Position numbers and translations under genes: made by a program. This document shows positions 28,831-37,698 of a DNA stretch of 47,714 bases, one piece after another. The stretch spans positions 1-47,714 of the forward strand of contig JBHIEG010000015.1 in the NCBI GenBank assembly GCA_046760505.1. The letters are read 5' to 3'. The notes beneath the pieces are model-generated. The model saw only the letters and a list, made by a program, of their open reading frames with translations. It was not told the origin of the DNA and did no database searches. This DNA is from Candidatus Hydrothermarchaeota archaeon. Lineage in GTDB: Archaea > CAYFZR01. Every line of letters begins with the position of its first letter. The first letter of the stretch is position 1.

Positions 28831-28959
28831 ATGGAGCCGAAATGTCATGAATGTGGTAGGGAAATACGTCCCGGGTACAGTTTTCCAATGATAATAGACA
28901 ATGAATACAGAAACTTCTGCCAAGACTGTTTCGAAAGGAAAAGAGTGAAGAAATGGTAA
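28831..28959 (+). CDS. Small Zn-finger protein (42 aa; not in ORF track)
   Basis: Manual translation: MEPKCHECGREIRPGYSFPMIIDNEYRNFCQDCFERKRVKKW. Confidence 0.6.
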   Translation: MEPKCHECGREIRPGYSFPMIIDNEYRNFCQDCFERKRVKKW

Positions 28960-28994
28960 GATTTCAAATTAAAGGAAATTGAAAAGGTAAAAGG

Positions 28995-29186
28995 CTATTC
29001 ATACTGTATTATTTCGTCTATCAATTCCACATGGGAGAGGAGCATTCTTCTACAACAGGGTCTTTCGAAACCTAATTCATCCAGTACCTTGCCTGGGTTT
29101 TCACCATTTTCTACCCTGACCTTATATTCCTCATATTTGCTTGCCACTACTTTACCACACGTAAAGCACCTTACGGGAATTATCAT
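28995..29186 (-). CDS. rpoN: DNA-directed RNA polymerase subunit N (Rpo10)
   Basis: [11 protein letters not shown]...[11 protein letters not shown]. Confidence 0.97.
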   Translation of the reverse strand: MIIPVRCFTCGKVVASKYEEYKVRVENGENPGKVLDELGFERPCCRRMLLSHVELIDEIIQYE

Positions 29187-29322
29187 TTCGATCACTTCTT
29201 TTCAGGATGTATCATCTTAATGAATAAAGTATCATTTAAACATAGTGGTACTTTCTCGATACTTTCATCGAAAATGACTTATCCTCAAATAAAAAGAAAA
29301 GATTTTTGAACGCGGGTTGTTT

Positions 29323-30024
29323 ATGAAAGTCTGTTTAGTATGTAGAAAATGTTCAAAGAGGTTTGAGAAAGAAGTAAATAAGGTTAGACATAGGAAAAAG
29401 CCCAAAAATTTGCTGGCTTTTTGTCCAAATTGCAGGACAACAAGAATATGCGAGTACATATCTGAAGAAAAATTCACTAAGAGAGGGTTTTGGTCAAAAG
29501 CAAAGTACCTTTCACTCATAATCATTTTTCTCTTTATCTTTGCGGTATTCGGTTATCACTCCATATATCTAAGGAAGGCTCCTCATCCAGGAGATGTTGA
29601 ATGTACGAACTGCCACCACTCACTGTACGGTACAGCTAAAGAAAGGGAAGCAGTAATTAAAATCGGCGAAGCCCATCACAGATTTGAAATTGATCCCTCT
29701 AAAGTGCTTGAAGGCAGACCTTATCCAGAGGAAATAAGGTGCGAAAATTGCCATGCTAAAGAAATAGACTTTGAAAAGTTACACCATTCAATCATAGGAT
29801 ATAAACCAAAGAAACCGTCTGATGAAATTTGTACCTTTTGTCATGCAGATGTCATTGGGGCTGAGACTATACCCATATCTGAGAGCACCTGTAAATACTG
29901 CCACAAAGAATTTCCTTGGTTCTTTATAAAAATAATGAACGTTACCTTTGACTCTAAGAAAAAAGAAATTATTCTTGTTCTGAACGAGATAGCCATAAAA
30001 AGAAAGGGATTTTTGATATTCTGA
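29323..30024 (+). CDS. Membrane-anchored putative tetraheme cytochrome c with N-terminal Zn ribbon
   Basis: Four CxxCH motifs (CTNCH, CENCH, CTFCH, CKYCH) after a TM helix; N-terminal CRKC/CPNC. Confidence 0.75.
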   Translation: MKVCLVCRKCSKRFEKEVNKVRHRKKPKNLLAFCPNCRTTRICEYISEEKFTKRGFWSKAKYLSLIIIFLFIFAVFGYHSIYLRKAPHPGDVECTNCHHSLYGTAKEREAVIKIGEAHHRFEIDPSKVLEGRPYPEEIRCENCHAKEIDFEKLHHSIIGYKPKKPSDEICTFCHADVIGAETIPISESTCKYCHKEFPWFFIKIMNVTFDSKKKEIILVLNEIAIKRKGFLIF

Positions 30025-30111
30025 TGTAGTTCTTAGGCATTGACGTTAAATTTCTGATCCCCACCCTCAAGTTTTTATCGCTATTTGAATATCTTAATTG
30101 TAGGTGCTCTT

Positions 30112-30879
30112 ATGCGAGCTATATGGACTGGTACACTGTCCTTTGGTTTGGTCAACATTCCGGTAAAACTTTACCCTGCTACCGAAAAAAAAGACATAAA
30201 ATTTCGCCTTCTTCACTCAGATTGTCATACACCCCTGAAGAGACCATGGTACTGCCCAAAATGTGAGGCTCAAATTTCATGGGGAGATACGGTAAGGGGC
30301 TATGAATTCGAGAAGGGGAACTACATAATACTTGAGGATGAGGATTTTGAAAAAATCCCATTAAAGAGCACCAAATCGGTGGACATAATTGAATTTGTTA
30401 AATTGGAAGATATAGACCCCATTTACTATGACAAGAGCTATTATCTCGGTCCCACAGAGGCAGGAGTTAAGGCATTTGAGCTACTAAGGAGAGTGCTTCT
30501 GAAAAAGAAAAAAGTTGGTATAGCAAAGGTATCAATCCGTAACAAGGAATCACTGGTAGCGATCAGAGCCATAGAGGATGGTATAGTGATGTCAAGTTTG
30601 TTTTACGGAGATGAAATCAGAGATCCACTCTCTATCGGTATTCAAAAAGAGGTTGAAATAAGTGAAAAGGAAGTTGAGATGGCTGAACTCCTGATTGATG
30701 CTTTAGAGGGGGAGTTTGTGATAGAGAAATACGAGGATAAGTACAGAGAAGCCCTCTTAAATATAATTAGAGCTAAGATAGAGGGAAGGGAAATCGAAAA
30801 ACCATCAATTGAAATACCAGAGACAGTGGATCTAATGAAAGCCTTGGAAGAGAGTATACGATCAGTGAAGGAATCATGA
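30112..30879 (+). CDS. ku: Non-homologous end-joining protein Ku (prokaryotic)
   Basis: MRAIWTG.LSFGLVNIPVKLY.AT, GYE, IDPIYYDKSYY, Y.D.YRE, VDLM.ALE.S. Confidence 0.97.
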   Translation: MRAIWTGTLSFGLVNIPVKLYPATEKKDIKFRLLHSDCHTPLKRPWYCPKCEAQISWGDTVRGYEFEKGNYIILEDEDFEKIPLKSTKSVDIIEFVKLEDIDPIYYDKSYYLGPTEAGVKAFELLRRVLLKKKKVGIAKVSIRNKESLVAIRAIEDGIVMSSLFYGDEIRDPLSIGIQKEVEISEKEVEMAELLIDALEGEFVIEKYEDKYREALLNIIRAKIEGREIEKPSIEIPETVDLMKALEESIRSVKES

Positions 30880-31820
30880 GCTTATTTGATCAAAAGATCA
30901 GACCAATGCTAGCGAAGAATGCAGCAATTTTCGACTCACCTGATTATATATTTGAGCCTAAATGGGACGGTTTTAGGTGTTTAGCTTTTATAAAAAATGG
31001 CATGAGACTTCAAAGCCGAAATCTACTTGACATAACATACAAATTTCCAGAAATACGTCCTGAAATAAATGCTGAAAGTGCGATACTTGATGGAGAACTT
31101 GTATGTATAGAAAAAGGAGCGCCTAGTTTTAATAAAATTCAACAAAGAAATATCGAAGATATCTTCAAGATTGAGGTTCTATCAAGAGAAAATCCAGTAA
31201 CATACGTGATATTCGATATCTTGTTTCTGGATGGCAGTGAAGTGGTTGACCTTCCGTTGATAGAAAGGAAAGAATTGATAAAAGATTGTGTTATCGAGAA
31301 GAAAAACATAAAAATAACACCTTACATCAAAGAAAAAGGAAAAAAATTCCTGAACGAAGCCATAAAACTTGGATTCGAAGGCATTATAGCAAAGGAAATG
31401 AGAAGCCCTTATCTCATTGGAAAGAGAAGCGATTTATGGTTAAAGATAAAGAAGACAAGGACAGTTGATTGTATAGTATGTGGATATTCAAAAGGAAAGG
31501 GTAATAGAGCTAGCAGTTTTGGCTCCCTCGTTCTGGCTCTATATGAGGGAAATGAATTAAGATACATAGGAAAGGTAGGCACCGGCTTTAATCATGCAAA
31601 ATTGGTTGATACCTACAAAATCCTTCAGAAACTTAGAACTGATGAACGCATCTTTAAAGATATAGATCTTAAGGATGTTGAGTGGGTTAAGCCTCAATTG
31701 GTGGCTGAGATCAAGTACTCGGAAAGAACAAAGGATAATAAATTGAGAATGCCTGTTTTTCTGAGATTTAGATTGGATAAACAACCAAAAGAATGTACAA
31801 TAGATCAGTTGGATGAATAA
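30876..31820 (+). CDS. ligD: NHEJ ATP-dependent DNA ligase (stand-alone LigD ligase domain)
   Basis: PMLA, EPKWDGFR, LDGEL, FDIL, EGIIAK, WLKIK, GKVGTGF, R.P.F...R.DK; ATGA overlap with ku. Confidence 0.93.
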   Translation: MSLFDQKIRPMLAKNAAIFDSPDYIFEPKWDGFRCLAFIKNGMRLQSRNLLDITYKFPEIRPEINAESAILDGELVCIEKGAPSFNKIQQRNIEDIFKIEVLSRENPVTYVIFDILFLDGSEVVDLPLIERKELIKDCVIEKKNIKITPYIKEKGKKFLNEAIKLGFEGIIAKEMRSPYLIGKRSDLWLKIKKTRTVDCIVCGYSKGKGNRASSFGSLVLALYEGNELRYIGKVGTGFNHAKLVDTYKILQKLRTDERIFKDIDLKDVEWVKPQLVAEIKYSERTKDNKLRMPVFLRFRLDKQPKECTIDQLDE

Positions 31821-31855
31821 TAAAACTTAAGAGGGGATTTTACCTAACTCTCTTT

Positions 31856-32407
31856 ATGCTATCTAGAGAAGATTCTCTGAGACTTATTGAAGAGAATATC
31901 AAAAATGAAGCCTTGAAGAAGCATATGCTTGCGGTCTCGGCGATAATGAAAGGATTAGCAAGAAAACTCCATCAAAACGAAGAACTCTATGAGCGTGTAG
32001 GTCTGCTCCACGATATCGACTACGAGAGGGTAGGAGGAAATATGAATGTTCATGGTAAAGTCTCTGCTGAGATGCTGGAAGACAAATTACCTGAAGAGTG
32101 TCTCCACGCGATCAGGGCTCACAACGAGTTGACTGGCGCCAAACCAGAGAGTTTAATGGACAAATCTTTAATCATAGCCGATGCAATTTCTGGATTAATC
32201 GTAGCAGTTGCCTTGGTTATGCCCAGCAAAAAACTATCGGAAGTCAAGGTTAAAAGCATAAAAAAGAAGTTCAAGGATAAATCTTTTGCAAGAAACGTCG
32301 ATAGAAATAAAATAATGATGTGCGAAGAAATTGGATTGGAATATGAGGAGTTTCTGGACATAGCGCTAAAATCTCTTCAGGAGATCAGCAGCGATTTAGG
32401 GCTTTAA
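31856..32407 (+). CDS. HD-superfamily (HDIG-type) metal-dependent phosphohydrolase
   Basis: H (KHMLAV), GLLHDIDY, HG, AH, ADAISG, K.FA..V.R. Confidence 0.9.
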   Translation: MLSREDSLRLIEENIKNEALKKHMLAVSAIMKGLARKLHQNEELYERVGLLHDIDYERVGGNMNVHGKVSAEMLEDKLPEECLHAIRAHNELTGAKPESLMDKSLIIADAISGLIVAVALVMPSKKLSEVKVKSIKKKFKDKSFARNVDRNKIMMCEEIGLEYEEFLDIALKSLQEISSDLGL

Positions 32408-32430
32408 ATGAAGGATGGCTGGTATGCTTA

Positions 32431-32577
32431 TTGAAAGATAAGGTTATCGTCGCGGCCTGTCAGTTGGAGTTGCTCACTGAATCAGTCAGAAGCAGAGATG
32501 AAAACCTTAAAAAATCTATGGAACTTATGGAAAAGGCGTAGAAAAAAGCAGATATCATATGCCTTCCCGAACTTTGA
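32431..32577 (+). pseudogene. Carbon-nitrogen hydrolase (nitrilase family) N-terminal remnant
   Basis: Manual translation: LKDKVIVAACQLELLTESVRSRDENLKKSMELMEKA*KKADIICLPEL* (AxxQ...N...ADIICLPE motif; TAG at 32539). Confidence 0.7.
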
Positions 32578-32645
32578 TGGCACCGTAGAAACGATCCTTT
32601 TTTAAAAAGGACCAGATGTTTACGAAAAATACAAAATTTAGAAAA

Positions 32646-33524
32646 ATGTCCGGATACGTGTACGTGGAGTGTAAAGGAGTCAAAATAAGGCTCTCTAACC
32701 TTGAGAAGAAGATATGGGGAAAGGAAGGAATTACCAAGGCAGAAATTATAAAGTATTACGTTGATGTTGGTGAATACATCCTAAGATACCTAAAAGATCG
32801 CCCATTGACTCTGATACGGTGTCCTGATGGGATAAATGATTGTTTTTTTCAAAAGGACTTGCCAGAATATGCTCCTAGTTGGATAAAAACCTATTCCAAG
32901 GATAATATCAGATATCCCGTATGCAACGATCTTCCAACCTTAATTTGGCTAACAAACTTTGGTACAGTAGATTATAACCCCACACTATCAAGAATACACT
33001 CTTACGAAACTCCAGATTTTTGCGTATTTGATTTAGATCCATTTAAGCCATCTACATTCAAAGAAGCACTGGAAGTAGCAGTTATCATAAGAGATATTTT
33101 GAAAGAACTGAAAATGAGAGGATTCCCTAAAACATCGGGTGCTACAGGCTTGCAGATTTATGTTCCCATTGAAGGGCATACTTTTAGAGAAGCCAAGTTT
33201 TTCGTTAGAAAGATAGGCGAATTAATAGAAAGAAAGCATAAGAAGGTGACTACATATGCCGGAAGAGCAACCAAACGTAAAGGAAAAGTTTTCATAGATT
33301 TCTTACAGAACGATCGAGGAAAAACCGTAGTCGCTCCATATAGTTTAAGACCGCTTCCAAATGCACCAGTTTCAACTCCACTTACATGGAAGGAGATAGA
33401 GGAAGGAGATGTAGAGCCAGAGATGTTTAACATAAATACAATTTTAGAGAGATTGAAGGAGAAAGGAGATTTATTTGATGAGATAAACAAAGAGAAATAC
33501 AGAATACCCTTGAAATCTAAATAA
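32646..33524 (+). CDS. NHEJ primase-polymerase (stand-alone LigD polymerase domain, AEP family)
   Basis: SNLEK, TK....YY, R.PDG, FFQK, FDLDP, KTSG.TG, F.D.LQN, APYSLR, VSTPL.W. Confidence 0.93.
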   Translation: MSGYVYVECKGVKIRLSNLEKKIWGKEGITKAEIIKYYVDVGEYILRYLKDRPLTLIRCPDGINDCFFQKDLPEYAPSWIKTYSKDNIRYPVCNDLPTLIWLTNFGTVDYNPTLSRIHSYETPDFCVFDLDPFKPSTFKEALEVAVIIRDILKELKMRGFPKTSGATGLQIYVPIEGHTFREAKFFVRKIGELIERKHKKVTTYAGRATKRKGKVFIDFLQNDRGKTVVAPYSLRPLPNAPVSTPLTWKEIEEGDVEPEMFNINTILERLKEKGDLFDEINKEKYRIPLKSK

Positions 33525-34893
33525 CAACATCTATTCCTTCTTTTCTTAAAATACCGCACGCAGCGATTATTCCCGTTGCAGCTGCATTTACGATTCCCCT
33601 TGAAAGACCCGCTCCATCTCCTGCAACAAACAGATCTGGAACAGTGGTCTCCATGTATCTATCTACCTTGACCTGCATCGCATAGAATTTTATCTCTGGA
33701 GCATAGATCAAGGTTGAATCACTTGCAACTCCGGGAATCACTTTGTCCAATCTCTCTAAGCCTTCTATTATGTTAGTAACAATTCTATGGGGGAGAGCCA
33801 TGGCTATATCTCCGGGAGTGACCGCTTTAAGTGTAGGCTTGACTTGACTTTTGTTTATTCTGTTCCATGTAGATCTTCTTCCGCGTCTTAGGTCACCTAA
33901 TCTCTGCAGTATTGGCTTGCCTCCACCTATTGTTGTGGCGAGTTCAGCAATAGACCTGCCATATGCTGTTGTATCCTCGACAGGCTCGGTCAAATTTATC
34001 CTGGTCAAAAATCCGAAGTTGGTATTCTCAGATTCTCTGTCTCTGAGTGAGTGACCATTAATGCCTACGTACTCTCCGTAGGTTTCTTGGACAACGAATC
34101 CCCTATGATTAACACAAAAGGTTCTTACCAAGTCATCGTATTTTTTGGTGTAAATATGAAACTTAGGATCCCTGTTCACTTCAATTATGGGATCCATTAC
34201 CACAGAAGGAACTTCCACCCTGACTCCAACATCTATTGGTCCATGTTCCATTTCTATCTTCATTTTTTTTGCCTGTTCAGCGAACCAAGTAGCGCCAACT
34301 CTTCCTGGAGCAGCTATCTTGTATCTGGATGAAACCGCTTTACCATTTATCTTGACACCGTTTTCCATTATTTCTTCAACGCTTGTATTACTAAGAATCT
34401 TTACTCCATTTTTTAATAGATAATCTTTCAGAGATTTAATGACCTTTGGGGCATAATCAGTTCCAATGTGCCTTTGGAGTATGTTGACAAACCTTATATC
34501 TGCTGCAGAAGCCTTTCTTTCGAGTTCTTCTACCTTGGATGCATCTTGACCATAGAGTTTATCTGGGGCTCCGTGCTCTAGAAATATTTTATCTACCTTT
34601 TTCACCAACCTCCATGCTAACTCGTCGTCGCCAACCAGTGCTCCAAGGTCTCCTCCCACATCTGGTCTCAGGTTCAATGTGCCATCGGATAGGCCACCGG
34701 ATCCTCCTACACCACACATTATATCGCATGGAGCGCAGTTTATGCAGTACTGAGTATCTGATATGACACATGACCTTTCTTCTATGTCTTTACCCTGTTC
34801 AACAACGAGAACTTTTAGCGATGAGTGATCTGAGAGTTCTTTTGCCGCAAAAAGACCTGCCGGTCCAGCACCTATTATGACCACATCATACAT
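33517..34893 (-). CDS. NAD(P)/FAD-dependent oxidoreductase with Cys cluster (uncharacterised FAD-dependent dehydrogenase family)
   Basis: GAGPAG, CINCAPC, GG.G..SDG, RHIGTD, GVRVE, RTFC, GDGAG. Confidence 0.88.
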   Translation of the reverse strand: MYDVVIIGAGPAGLFAAKELSDHSSLKVLVVEQGKDIEERSCVISDTQYCINCAPCDIMCGVGGSGGLSDGTLNLRPDVGGDLGALVGDDELAWRLVKKVDKIFLEHGAPDKLYGQDASKVEELERKASAADIRFVNILQRHIGTDYAPKVIKSLKDYLLKNGVKILSNTSVEEIMENGVKINGKAVSSRYKIAAPGRVGATWFAEQAKKMKIEMEHGPIDVGVRVEVPSVVMDPIIEVNRDPKFHIYTKKYDDLVRTFCVNHRGFVVQETYGEYVGINGHSLRDRESENTNFGFLTRINLTEPVEDTTAYGRSIAELATTIGGGKPILQRLGDLRRGRRSTWNRINKSQVKPTLKAVTPGDIAMALPHRIVTNIIEGLERLDKVIPGVASDSTLIYAPEIKFYAMQVKVDRYMETTVPDLFVAGDGAGLSRGIVNAAATGIIAACGILRKEGIDVVI

Positions 34894-34905
34894 TTAATTT
34901 CCCCG

Positions 34906-35628
34906 CTATAGCGTGACCAAGCTCACAACCTTGCAGTTGACTTCTTTACTGATCTTACTTAACCCCTCTCCTTCTATGGATATTATTGTGAATACTCCTA
35001 CCACATTTGCCTTTGCTTTATTAACAAGCCTTATCAATGCCCCTTGAGTCTCACCACTTCTTATTATATCGTCCACCACCAGTATGTTTTCTCCTTTCTT
35101 AATCATCCATGATGGAATGTAAAGACTCATGATTACTCCAGAAGAGCTTGAGAGGTAGGTTTCCTCCATAAAATCATATACTCCGACTTCTCTGTTCTTC
35201 TTGGTATAGATCAGATCAACACCGAATTCATTCGCCACCTGCATTGCTATTGGTATTCCGTCTATTGCTGCTGTAAGGACCTTATCAACGGTGACATCTG
35301 AAAAAATTTCCTTTACTTCTTCTGCAATCTTTTTTAACAGTAAAGAGTCAGTTAAAACTTGTGTGTTATCAAAAAAGCCATGTTCATCAAACTTTATCCT
35401 TTTCAAGACTTCTTTTCTTATATCAAATTCCTTTTCCAGAGACTTCAACAACCACATAGCCCTTTCATGGCTCGGCAAAACATGACCTTTAACGTATCTG
35501 TTCAGAACCGTTATTGGGATGTTTGTTCGCTCCGATAGTTCTTCGTATGTAAAGGAGTTCTTCATTAGTTTTAGTAACTCCACTGCCCTTATCCTCTGCT
35601 TTATACTCTCTAGGTGGGTTTCATTCAC
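34906..35628 (-). CDS. HTH + phosphoribosyltransferase protein (PurR-like regulator)
   Basis: N-terminal HTH (TYEELS....P.TVLNRYV.GHVLP); PRPP loop VVDDIIRSGET. Confidence 0.85.
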   Translation of the reverse strand: MNETHLESIKQRIRAVELLKLMKNSFTYEELSERTNIPITVLNRYVKGHVLPSHERAMWLLKSLEKEFDIRKEVLKRIKFDEHGFFDNTQVLTDSLLLKKIAEEVKEIFSDVTVDKVLTAAIDGIPIAMQVANEFGVDLIYTKKNREVGVYDFMEETYLSSSSGVIMSLYIPSWMIKKGENILVVDDIIRSGETQGALIRLVNKAKANVVGVFTIISIEGEGLSKISKEVNCKVVSLVTL

Positions 35629-36185
35629 CTCAGACCGACCTCGGTTCTTTTTTTCTTTATCGCCTTTATTAGGGGACCATCTATTATTGTAAAGCCACTT
35701 CCTATTTCCTCAAGATTGTGGGCATCGCTTCCACCAATTCTTGATAGGTTCAACTTTCTTGAAATTTTGTCTGCCCGTATGTTTACGTGGCTGAACTTGT
35801 ATTTGGCGTTGTACACCTCTATACCATCAAGTGGAAGGGTTGAAACAAGATCTCCAAGACCCTTGTACGAGTCGAACGGATGAGCCGCTATACTTACTCC
35901 GTTGTTGTCTCGAACCCATTCTAGAACATCCATGATCTCTACCCTTGGAGGTTCTTCTTCAATGCCTAATACAAGCAGGTGCCCTTCCTTTAGTGAAATC
36001 TCAATTCCCGGGATCACGATAACGTTCTTGGATACCTTTTTTGCCTCTTCATATCCCCTTAAGGTGTCGTGATCGGTTATGGATATACCATCTAATTTAA
36101 TTTCTTCAGCCTTATTTATTATTTGAGGTATACTTGTGTTGCAGTCATGGGAATATATACTATGCACGTGTAGGTCAAATATCAT
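35625..36185 (-). CDS. PHP-domain phosphoesterase
   Basis: DLHVHS, ITDHD, G.E, GH, AHP, GGSDAH. Confidence 0.92.
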   Translation of the reverse strand: MIFDLHVHSIYSHDCNTSIPQIINKAEEIKLDGISITDHDTLRGYEEAKKVSKNVIVIPGIEISLKEGHLLVLGIEEEPPRVEIMDVLEWVRDNNGVSIAAHPFDSYKGLGDLVSTLPLDGIEVYNAKYKFSHVNIRADKISRKLNLSRIGGSDAHNLEEIGSGFTIIDGPLIKAIKKKRTEVGLR

Positions 36186-36249
36186 CTATTTAACCTTGAA
36201 CTTTTAACTTATTAATGTTTATTGAGTTAAAAGATTTGGAGGTCATGGT

Positions 36250-37587
36250 ATGAGCATCCATCCGATAGAAGAAAGATATGGAAGTAGCGAGATGAGAGAG
36301 ATATTCAAGGAAGAAAGCAAACTTATGAGGCTTTTAAAGGTAGAGGTTGCTCTTGCAAAGGCTCATGCAGATCTTGACAACATTCCAAGGGAAGCAGCCG
36401 AGATTATAGAGAATTCCTATCAGAAGGTAAAAATTGAGAGGGTAAAGGAGATCGATAAGATAATTCAGCATGACCTTATGGCAGTTGTAAAGGCTCTAGC
36501 AGAGGTTTGTGGTGATTACGGAGAGTATGTCCATTTAGGTGCTACGAGCAGCGATATTTTGGACACCGCCTTGGCATTGCAGTTTAGAGATGCTTTGAAA
36601 ATCGTAGAAAAAGATTTGAAAGAAATTAGGAAATTGCTGACGAAACTGGCGGAAGAGCATAGGGAAACTGTTTTGGTTGGAAGGACCCATGGGCAGCATG
36701 CCATCCCCACTACTCTTGGATTAAAATTTGCTATATGGGCAATGGAGTTTGATAGACACCTAGAAAGACTTGAAGAATCGAGAAAAAGAATTCTCGTTGG
36801 AAAGATGTCAGGCGCGGTAGGAACCCAAGCAGGACTCGGAGAAAAGGCGATTGAAGTTCAGAAACTGACCATGGAATACCTTGGTCTAAAGCCTGCCATG
36901 GTATCAAATCAGGTAATTCAAAGAGACAGACACGCAGAACTCATAATGCTACTTTCTCTAATTGCATCTACATTAGAAAAGATAGGTAAGGAGATAAGGA
37001 ACCTTCAAAGAACAGAAATCAGGGAGTTAGAAGAACCATTCTTAGAGGAACAGGTGGGAAGTTCAACAATGCCTCACAAAAGGAATCCTTACAGATCAGA
37101 GAGGGTTTGCGGTTTAGCAAGGATTCTAAGATCTAATGTATTGCCTGCATTGGAAAATATTGCATTAGAACATGAAAGAGACCTTACAAACTCTTCATGT
37201 GAGAGAGTCATAATTCCAGAGACCTTTCTCTTGTTAGATGAAATGTTGAAGACTATGCGATATGTTTTAGAAAATCTAATCACATATCCTGAGAATATGA
37301 AGAAAAACCTCCTTCTATCAAAAGATCTGATTATGTCAGAGCGGATAATGTTATTCCTGGCTAAAAAAGGGCTTGGAAGACAAAAAGCCCATGAAATAGT
37401 AAGAGTATCTTCGATGACGGCATTCACTAAAAAAATGGATCTGAAGGAAGTTTTACTTGAGAATGAAGAGGTAAAGGCGATTGTAACTGAAAAAGAGTTG
37501 GAAGAGATATTGGATCCTTTTAACTATATAGGAACCGCAAGGGAGCAGGTAGATATGGTTGTAAATTATCTGAAATCAAGGCAATAA
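36250..37587 (+). CDS. purB: Adenylosuccinate lyase
   Basis: HD, HLGATSSD, GRTHGQHA, GSSTMPHKRNP. Confidence 0.97.
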   Translation: MSIHPIEERYGSSEMREIFKEESKLMRLLKVEVALAKAHADLDNIPREAAEIIENSYQKVKIERVKEIDKIIQHDLMAVVKALAEVCGDYGEYVHLGATSSDILDTALALQFRDALKIVEKDLKEIRKLLTKLAEEHRETVLVGRTHGQHAIPTTLGLKFAIWAMEFDRHLERLEESRKRILVGKMSGAVGTQAGLGEKAIEVQKLTMEYLGLKPAMVSNQVIQRDRHAELIMLLSLIASTLEKIGKEIRNLQRTEIRELEEPFLEEQVGSSTMPHKRNPYRSERVCGLARILRSNVLPALENIALEHERDLTNSSCERVIIPETFLLLDEMLKTMRYVLENLITYPENMKKNLLLSKDLIMSERIMLFLAKKGLGRQKAHEIVRVSSMTAFTKKMDLKEVLLENEEVKAIVTEKELEEILDPFNYIGTAREQVDMVVNYLKSRQ

Positions 37588-37698
37588 TTTGTATTCCATT
37601 GTATTCCTGTCTATCACCTTTTTTCAGCAAATCTGCAAATATAGCCTCAAATATGTTAACGGAGAAGATATAATTGTGTTCGTAAAATATATCATACG

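Noticed and set aside
32539-32541. In-frame TAG in the nitrilase fragment as possible pyrrolysine/readthrough
   Set aside because: The frame ends at TGA 12 codons later and the rest of the enzyme is missing; many genes here use TAG as a normal stop.
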